Origin: Candidatus Eiseniibacteriota bacterium
GTDB lineage: Bacteria > Eisenbacteria > RBG-16-71-46 > CAZAMP01
Assembly: GCA_965224245.1 (NCBI GenBank)
Contig: OZ245046.1
Location: 224,001-288,000, forward strand
Length of the DNA stretch: 64,000 nt
Reading direction: 5' to 3'
The position numbers and the translations under genes were made by a program. This document shows positions 57,652 to 64,000 of this stretch, piece after piece. The notes below the pieces were generated by a model that saw only the letters and a program-made list of their open reading frames with translations, had not been told where the DNA came from and did not search any database. How positions within the stretch are numbered: position 1 is the stretch's first letter; each line of letters opens with the position of its first letter.

Positions 57652-57676
57652 TCGGATTTCCTCGGGGGAGGCGGGG

Positions 57677-58750
57677 CTAGACGGCAGCCGCCCGAAACTC
57701 GGAGGGCGTCATCCCGTGCGACTCGCGGAAGACCCGGTAGAAGGCGGCCTTGCTGTTGAACCCGGACTCGTACACCAGCTCGAGAACGGAGCGGTGCCGC
57801 TGTGCGGGGTCGCGCGCCAGGCGCTCGAACTCGGCCAGGCGGTAGCGGTTGATGAGCGCGTAGAAGTTCGTGTCGAGGCCCTCCCGGATCACCGCCGACA
57901 GGTGGCTCTCCTTCGACCGGAGCGCGGCCGCGAGATCCCCGAGACTCAGGTCCGGCTGGAGCCAGGGACGCTCGGTCTCGAGGTAGACCGTCAGACGCGA
58001 GACCTCGTCCGGCAGGTCGAGGCCGGGTGCCGGCCGCGGTCGGAGCGCCAGCACCCAGGGGCGCTGCAGGACCATCCACGAGGCCAGATAGATCACCACG
58101 GTGAGAACGAGGCTCGCGAAGGGATCGGACTCGAACGGCAGCGAGATTCCGAGCCGCTCGGCGAACGCCGCGGCGTAGATCGCGCCGGCCAGCCCCATGA
58201 TCGCGAGCACGCCGTGGCGCAGCCAGGCGAGCCCCGCCGCGCGGCGTCCCGACGCGCGGGCCTCCAGGGCCTGGTCGGACAGCGTCCGGAACGTGGCCGC
58301 CGCATAGCCGATCAGGAAGCCCAGCTTGAGCAGCATGTAGACCGGGACGGTGGGACCGCCGGCCAGGAATGCGAGGCGGTGGTCGGCGTCGCTCAGAACG
58401 AGCCACGCGGTTCCCCACAGCATCATGCCCGCGGCCAGTGGCACGAAGTGTCGCGCATCGCGGGCACGAACCCCGCGTGCCGGCTCGACGAGTGAGCGGG
58501 CGAACAGCAGCATCAGCGGTCCGATCGCCAGCTCGGTGTTGATGTTGAGGAACACCAGGAGACTGGAGGCCGAGAACGGAAGTCGGCCGATGACGGCCCC
58601 GGCCGCGATCATCGTCACGGCGACGCCGATCAGCGCCGCCAGGAGCCGCGCCGCGGTGCGATCGGAGCTTCGACGCAGCAGAAGGGCGCCGCACAGGAAG
58701 AGCCCCTGAACGCCTCCGATCGCGAACACCGTGGTCCAGAGTTCGGTCAT
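57677..58750 (-). CDS. membrane-embedded AraC family transcriptional regulator
   Basis: Multiple N-terminal TM helices. PWLQPDLSLGDLA, NFYALINRYRL, SGFNSKAAFYRVFR, GMTPSEFR. ATG overlaps the kinase stop. Confidence 0.9.
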   Translation of the reverse strand: MTELWTTVFAIGGVQGLFLCGALLLRRSSDRTAARLLAALIGVAVTMIAAGAVIGRLPFSASSLLVFLNINTELAIGPLMLLFARSLVEPARGVRARDARHFVPLAAGMMLWGTAWLVLSDADHRLAFLAGGPTVPVYMLLKLGFLIGYAAATFRTLSDQALEARASGRRAAGLAWLRHGVLAIMGLAGAIYAAAFAERLGISLPFESDPFASLVLTVVIYLASWMVLQRPWVLALRPRPAPGLDLPDEVSRLTVYLETERPWLQPDLSLGDLAAALRSKESHLSAVIREGLDTNFYALINRYRLAEFERLARDPAQRHRSVLELVYESGFNSKAAFYRVFRESHGMTPSEFRAAAV

Positions 58751-61092
58751 GGCGACAGAGTACGACGGGCGATCGGGAGTGTTCCAGCGGTGCCACGGTC
58801 GCCCCGCCCGTCCGGCTCGCCCGGCGCCGCCACCACGAACGGTATCTCCGCCAGCTGCTCGGGTGCCTTGCCGACCTCGCGCAGGAAGGGAACCCACCGC
58901 GGATCAACGTGGAGGCTGGCGAACAGGGGGTCCGACACGATCTCGGCGAACGTGCCGGCGTTCCGCCGCTCCGTCTCGAGCCACTCGAAGGCGAGGTCGG
59001 GCTCGTTCCGGAAGGCGTGCACGCCGGCGATGTTGTAGGCCGCATCCTTCCGGTGCGCCGTCACGAGACGGGAGAGTGCGGCGTCGGACTCGGCCTTCCT
59101 CCCGAGCGCATGGTAGGCCATGGGCAGACCGATCATGCGGAAGACCTCCACGGCCTCCTGGTCGAACTCCGTGAGCGCTCCGTGCGCGTCCCCGCCGAGC
59201 AGCCTGGCAACGCCGATCTGGTAGTGCGCGACACCGTTGCCGGGGCTGAGGCTGAGCACGATCCGGTAGGACGCGATGGCGTCGTCGAGGCGTCCGGCGT
59301 TGAGCTGGCTGGTGCCCTGGTTGAACAGGCTGCTCACGTTCACGGCATCCCGAACGGTGATGGCCTCCCACAGCGTGACCGCCTCGTCACACCGGCCGAG
59401 CAGGTTGAGCAGCGTGGCGGCGTTTCCGAGCGCGCGCGGATTGGCCGGATCGAGTGTCGTCGCCCGCTCCAGGTACTGCGCCGCGGCGGCGAAGTCGCCC
59501 TCGCCGTACATCGCGTCGAAGGCGAGCCCGGCGTACGCGGGTGCGTACTGCGGATCGATCCGGAGTGCCTCGGTGTTGGCCTCGCGAGCCCGGGCAAACC
59601 CCTCCTCGGGAGGCATCAGGCCCGCCACCGCCTTGTTGCCGAAGTTCGTGGCCAGTGTGGCCCAGGCCGGCGCGTACTCCGGATCGATCTCGAGTACCCG
59701 CCGGAGGAGCGCGTCGGACTTCTCGAAGCCGTCCTTCACCGTCTGCCGGGCGAGCTGAATGCTCCGGAGGTAGAGCGCGTAGGCCTCGGGGTCCGTCTTG
59801 CGCGTCGTGGGCGTGTCGCCGAGCATGCTGATCCGGAGCTGCTTGACGACATCGGCCGCGATCTCATCCTGTATGGTGAAGATGTCGTCGAGCTTGCGAT
59901 CCCAGGTCTGGGACCAGACATGGAAGCCGCCCACGGCGCGAACGAGCTGCGCTCCGATCCGTACCCGGTCGCCCGATTTGCGCACCGACCCCTCGAGCAC
60001 GTGCGCCACCCGGAGCTGCCGCGCGATCTCCGGGATCCCGACGTCCTTGCCCTTGTACGAGAACGACGACGTCCGCGCGGTCACCCTGAGCTCCGGGATC
60101 CGGGTCAACAGGTTCAGGAGCTCCTCCGAGATGCCGTCGGCGAAGTACTCCTGACTCCGGTCGGGGGACATGTCCGCGAACGGCAGCACCGCGATCGAGT
60201 GGCGCTCCGCGGAGACGGCGGGACCGGTCTCGGTGATGCCCGACTCCACCTCTTTCTGAAGGGCGCGTAGCTCGTTGCGGACGTCGAGCGCGGCCTGATG
60301 GCGATCGGACGGCTCCTTGGACAGACAGAGAGAGATGATGCGACCGAGCTGCCGCGGTAGCTCCGGCCTCAGCTGCGTGACGGACGGCGGCGTGTCGCGC
60401 AGAATCGCCGACGCGACGTCCAGGTTGCTGGCGCCACCGAAGGGCCGCTCACCGACGGTCATCTCGTACAGCACGATGCCCAGCGAGAAGATGTCGCCAC
60501 GAGCGTCGATCTCCCGACCCCGCAGCTGTTCGGGCGACATGTAGGGCACGGTACCCATCACCATGCCCTCCTCGGTGAGGGTGGGGAGCGTGTCGGCGTC
60601 CTCCGTCGGGGCCGCCATGGTCCCGACGCGCTTGGCCAGTCCGAAGTCCAGCACCTTCACGCGTCCGTCCACTGTGATCATGACGTTGGCAGGCTTGAGG
60701 TCCCGGTGGATCACGCCCTTCGCGTGCGCCGCGGCGAGCGCATCCGCCAGCGTGGTGCCGATGTCGAAGACGCGGGCCAGCGGGAGACCCCCGGGCGGGA
60801 TCATCGCGTCGAGGCGCTGGCCCTCGACGAGCTCCATGACCAGGAAGTGCACACCTGCGTCTTCCTCGACGGAGTGGAGGGTCACGATGGAGGGGTGGGA
60901 GACTCCGGCCAGCGTCCGCGCCTCGCGCTCGAAGCGCTCCCGCCAGGCCCGGTCCGATGCCATGGCCGCCGGCAGCACCTTGAGGGCCACGTCGCGATCG
61001 AGCCTGGAATCGTGGGCGCGGTACACCTCGCCCATGCCGCCCTTGCCGACGAGGCTCGTGATCACGTAGTGCCCGAGGGCTCCACCGACCAT
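58747..61092 (-). CDS. Ser/Thr protein kinase with TolB-like and TPR domains
   Basis: GKGGMG, HRDLKPAN, DFG, GTVPYMSPEQ. SIAVLPFADMS...YFADGISEELLN...LEGSVR. TPRs. Confidence 0.95.
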   Translation of the reverse strand: MVGGALGHYVITSLVGKGGMGEVYRAHDSRLDRDVALKVLPAAMASDRAWRERFEREARTLAGVSHPSIVTLHSVEEDAGVHFLVMELVEGQRLDAMIPPGGLPLARVFDIGTTLADALAAAHAKGVIHRDLKPANVMITVDGRVKVLDFGLAKRVGTMAAPTEDADTLPTLTEEGMVMGTVPYMSPEQLRGREIDARGDIFSLGIVLYEMTVGERPFGGASNLDVASAILRDTPPSVTQLRPELPRQLGRIISLCLSKEPSDRHQAALDVRNELRALQKEVESGITETGPAVSAERHSIAVLPFADMSPDRSQEYFADGISEELLNLLTRIPELRVTARTSSFSYKGKDVGIPEIARQLRVAHVLEGSVRKSGDRVRIGAQLVRAVGGFHVWSQTWDRKLDDIFTIQDEIAADVVKQLRISMLGDTPTTRKTDPEAYALYLRSIQLARQTVKDGFEKSDALLRRVLEIDPEYAPAWATLATNFGNKAVAGLMPPEEGFARAREANTEALRIDPQYAPAYAGLAFDAMYGEGDFAAAAQYLERATTLDPANPRALGNAATLLNLLGRCDEAVTLWEAITVRDAVNVSSLFNQGTSQLNAGRLDDAIASYRIVLSLSPGNGVAHYQIGVARLLGGDAHGALTEFDQEAVEVFRMIGLPMAYHALGRKAESDAALSRLVTAHRKDAAYNIAGVHAFRNEPDLAFEWLETERRNAGTFAEIVSDPLFASLHVDPRWVPFLREVGKAPEQLAEIPFVVAAPGEPDGRGDRGTAGTLPIARRTLSP

Positions 61093-61241
61093 GCAGAACC
61101 TCCCAAGTTGTTGACTCGGAAAAGGCTATGGGAACTCATGGGGGCTGGTCAAGAGGGTCCCTTCCGGTGCGAGGGCGACGACGCTCGATCAACGGATCCG
61201 GCAGACGCGCACCGACTCGCGGCCGCGGCAGGTTCTCGGGC

Positions 61242-61271
61242 TTGACAAATAAGTAAATAGTTACTTACAAT
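61242..61271 (+). promoter_or_regulatory. sigma70 promoter overlapped by a palindromic operator
   Basis: TTGACA (61242-61247), 18-nt spacer, TACAAT (61266-61271). TAAGTAA-atag-TTACTTA at 61250-61267. ATG follows 7 nt later (leaderless). Confidence 0.8.
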
Positions 61272-61278
61272 AAGATCC

Positions 61279-61938
61279 ATGAAGCTGACCGCCCGCAAGC
61301 CGTCGATGGAGCGGCGAGAGGAAATCGCCCGCGCGGTCCTCCACATCATCGGCAGACAGGGGCTCCGGTCGTTGACCACGAGCACGCTGGCCGCCGAGGT
61401 GGGCGTGACCACGGGCGCGCTCTATCGCCACTTCGCCTCGCTGGACGAGATCCTCACCGAGACCGTCCGCCACGGTGTCGACCGGATTCAGGCCACGTTC
61501 CCCGACGAGGGGCTTCCTCCCCTGGAGCGACTCTTGACGCTGGCCGGAAACCGCGTCCGGCTGCTTCGCGGCGAGCCCGGACTCGCGTGGCTGCTCCGGT
61601 CGGAGCAAGCGTACCTGGCGCTCCCCGAGGAAGCGGGAAGGAGTCTCCGCCAGGCCGCCCGGCGCAGCCGGCAGTTCCTGCGGCGTGCACTGGCCGATGG
61701 CGCCGCGGACGGGACGATTCGGAGCGACATCGAGCCGGACGTCCTGCTCGTGACCGTTCTCGGCACGATCCATGGGCTCGTCGGACACGGCGGCCCGTCG
61801 GCGTCGCGGTCGGGGTACCGGCGGCCCGGTCCCGACCGTGTCCTCTCGGGTCTCGCCCGGTTGCTCGAGCCGCATCCCGAGTCGGCACGAACGCCGGCTT
61901 CCAGACCGTTTGATGACGATCGTCGAACAAGGAGATGA
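61279..61938 (+). CDS. TetR/AcrR family transcriptional regulator
   Basis: LTTSTLAAEVGVTTGALYRHF HTH. Confidence 0.9.
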   Translation: MKLTARKPSMERREEIARAVLHIIGRQGLRSLTTSTLAAEVGVTTGALYRHFASLDEILTETVRHGVDRIQATFPDEGLPPLERLLTLAGNRVRLLRGEPGLAWLLRSEQAYLALPEEAGRSLRQAARRSRQFLRRALADGAADGTIRSDIEPDVLLVTVLGTIHGLVGHGGPSASRSGYRRPGPDRVLSGLARLLEPHPESARTPASRPFDDDRRTRR

Positions 61939-61941
61939 GTC

Positions 61942-62616
61942 ATGACCATCGGACTCGACAGTCGAGTCGGACAGATCGCCGCGGAGCATCCGTCCGCCAC
62001 GCGGGTCTTTGCCCGGCACCACATCGACTTCTGCTGTGGAGGCGGCAAGGCGCTGGGAGAGGTATGCGAGCAGAATGGCCTGGACGGCTCGGCGGTCCTG
62101 GCGGAGATCGAGCGTGAGCTCGCGTCGCCATCGCCCGGAGAGATCTCGTGGGAGGACGCTCCCCTCGACGAGCTGATCGAGCACATCCTCGTCACGTACC
62201 ACGCACCTCTTCGGGAAGAGCTGCCTCGCCTGGAGGGGATGGCGCGTAAGGTCGCCGACGTCCACCGGGACAAGCGACCCGACATGCTTCCCGAGCTGGT
62301 GGCGGTGTTCACCGGTCTCCGGGAAGAGCTCGAGCAGCACATGGAGAAGGAGGAGCAGATCCTGTTCCCGATGATCCGGCGAGGGGAGGGTGAGATGGCG
62401 ATGGGCCCGATCTCGGTCATGGAGCACGAGCACGAGAGCGCGGGACGGGCGCTCACCCGGTTGCGCGAGCTGACCGGAGACTATCGGGTGCCCGAGGAAG
62501 CCTGCACGACGTGGCGTGCATTGTGGCACGGACTCGAGACTCTCGAGAGCGCCATGCACCAGCACATTCACCTCGAGAACAACATCCTCTTTCCGCGTTC
62601 CCTCGGGGCTCGTTGA
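61942..62616 (+). CDS. ric: iron-sulfur cluster repair di-iron protein (RIC/YtfE)
   Basis: IDFCCGG, HMEKEEQILFP, MEHEH, ACTTWRAL, HIHLENNILFP. Confidence 0.95.
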   Translation: MTIGLDSRVGQIAAEHPSATRVFARHHIDFCCGGGKALGEVCEQNGLDGSAVLAEIERELASPSPGEISWEDAPLDELIEHILVTYHAPLREELPRLEGMARKVADVHRDKRPDMLPELVAVFTGLREELEQHMEKEEQILFPMIRRGEGEMAMGPISVMEHEHESAGRALTRLRELTGDYRVPEEACTTWRALWHGLETLESAMHQHIHLENNILFPRSLGAR

Positions 62617-62840
62617 GCGTCGGGCGAATCGGTACGTGACGGGGACCCGTCCGGGGCGCGAGCCCGCCGAGGCGGACAATGGCCATCATCCGCGCCGGCG
62701 CTCTGTCCCTCGGCGCGTCCCGACGTGCTGCGCCCAGGGTGTTGCAGCGGGGGTGATGGGCGAGGATACTGTCGTTCACCGCCGAGACGTGGCCACGATG
62801 CGGATCGGTGGCGTCAGTCGTGCCGGACCGGGAGTGAGCG

Positions 62841-63305
62841 ATGTTTCGACCTGCAGTGCTGATCATGCTTGTGCTCGTTCCGTTCACGAGCCTGGCCGGC
62901 GAGCCCACGGTCGCCGATCTGGGCTGGCTGGCGGGCTGCTGGTCGAGCGACGGGCGAGAGGCCGAGTCGGGTGAGCAGTGGATGGCGCCGGCCGGCGGGA
63001 CGATGCTAGGGGTCGCCCGCACCGTCCGCGACTCGAAGACGGTCGCCTACGAGTTCCTCCGCATCCAGGAGAAGGACGGGACCCTCGTCTACGTCGCCTC
63101 GCCGTCGGGTCAGAGCACGACGGAGTTCCCGCTGGAGCGCATCACCGAGGACGAGGTGGTCTTCGCGAACCCGGAGCACGACTTCCCGCAACGCATCGCG
63201 TACCGGCGTGCGTCGGACACGTCGCTGCTCGCTCGCATAGAAGGAACGGTGGACGGAGAGCTGCGTGGCATCGACTTTCCGATGACGCGAGTCGCGTGTC
63301 CGTAG
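62841..63305 (+). CDS. exported hypothetical protein, DUF6265-like
   Basis: Signal peptide. LGWLAGCW, EQWMAPAGGTMLG, FANPEHDFPQRIAY. Confidence 0.8.
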   Translation: MFRPAVLIMLVLVPFTSLAGEPTVADLGWLAGCWSSDGREAESGEQWMAPAGGTMLGVARTVRDSKTVAYEFLRIQEKDGTLVYVASPSGQSTTEFPLERITEDEVVFANPEHDFPQRIAYRRASDTSLLARIEGTVDGELRGIDFPMTRVACP

Positions 63306-63438
63306 GTCGGCGCAGGATCTGAGCCGGGGCGGAGCGTTGGCGACGTCGTCACGGGGTGCGCGGCGTGGCAGGAACGGGCATGCGGGGAGAGCCGGGATGC
63401 CGACTCCCGCCACGTGCCGATGAGCTCGCGCGGTCGAG

Positions 63439-64000
63439 CTACGGCAACTCGATCCGCTCGACGGTCCCGCCTCCGGCGCATACGCTGCAGTTGCTGACAT
63501 AGGCGGCCCCATCCGGGCCGACGGCCACGCCACCCGGCATGATCAGCCCCTCGGACGCGAGGACGTCGCGACCGCCGTCGTGAACGCGCACGAGAGCGCC
63601 GGCCGGGTCCCCGCTCAGAAGCGAGTGGGTGGCGATCTCGAGCACGAGCAGCGAGCCGTCCGGAGCGAACGCGATCCCGATCACGTTCGTGAAGCCGTCG
63701 GCATACACAGACACCGATCCCGACTCGTCGACGCGATAAACGCGGGCCCCGCCCACCGGGAACGGGAAGCCCGTCAGCTCGCCGACGTAGCAGGCGCCGT
63801 CGGGTCCGATCGCGACGGACGTGGGCACCGACTGCATCGGAATCGTCCCTTCGCCGAAGTCGGGCGGCAGCGGGACCAGGCGGGATGGAAACACCGCGAG
63901 CGTCGTCGTGTACCCGCTGGGGCTCACCGCCACCAGCGCGTTCCCACCGGCGTCGGTCACCAGCCGGTCGCTCGCTCTGGCCACGAGCCCGAAGGGGTTG
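63439..64000 (-). CDS. ScyD/ScyE family beta-propeller protein (5' partial)
   Basis: Frame is open from the window edge. NPFGL...VTDAGGN, QSVPTSVAIGPDGACYVGELTGFPF. Confidence 0.85.
   Translation of the reverse strand, partial: NPFGLVARASDRLVTDAGGNALVAVSPSGYTTTLAVFPSRLVPLPPDFGEGTIPMQSVPTSVAIGPDGACYVGELTGFPFPVGGARVYRVDESGSVSVYADGFTNVIGIAFAPDGSLLVLEIATHSLLSGDPAGALVRVHDGGRDVLASEGLIMPGGVAVGPDGAAYVSNCSVCAGGGTVERIELP

Noticed and set aside
63439-64000. Scytonemin biosynthesis
   Set aside because: ScyD/ScyE-like propellers are widespread, and no other scy genes are in the window.

Overview
High-GC bacterial chromosome segment with no rRNA, tRNA, CRISPR array, integrase or transposase that I can see. 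It is dominated by secreted and surface proteins. Nine genes plus one remnant end in the same C-terminal FlgD-Ig/T9SS-type-A-like sorting domain: Asp-box propellers, FG-GAP proteins, an S8 protease, a di-heme cytochrome c peroxidase and a ~1600 aa repeat protein. With the high GC this suggests an FCB-affiliated candidate lineage such as Eisenbacteria, Krumholzibacteriota or Latescibacterota (inference). Signalling genes include an ECF sigma-STAS-Ser/Thr kinase operon, a second Ser/Thr kinase, a membrane AraC, two TetR regulators, two related histidine kinases and a receiver-thioredoxin reductase fusion. Four signals are not visible in the ORF track. (1) An AhpD/CMD-like gene split by an in-frame UGA, with a SECIS-like hairpin: a probable Cys-free selenoprotein (34696-35274). 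(2) A bipartite promoter-like motif TTGCAGGkT-N12-TTCGAACTG found four times, in front of otherwise unrelated genes: a candidate uncharacterised ECF regulon. (3) A ~150-nt rod-like intergenic fold with an alternative pairing (about 20409-20598). (4) Frameshifts in two FG-GAP genes, one at a G8 tract.
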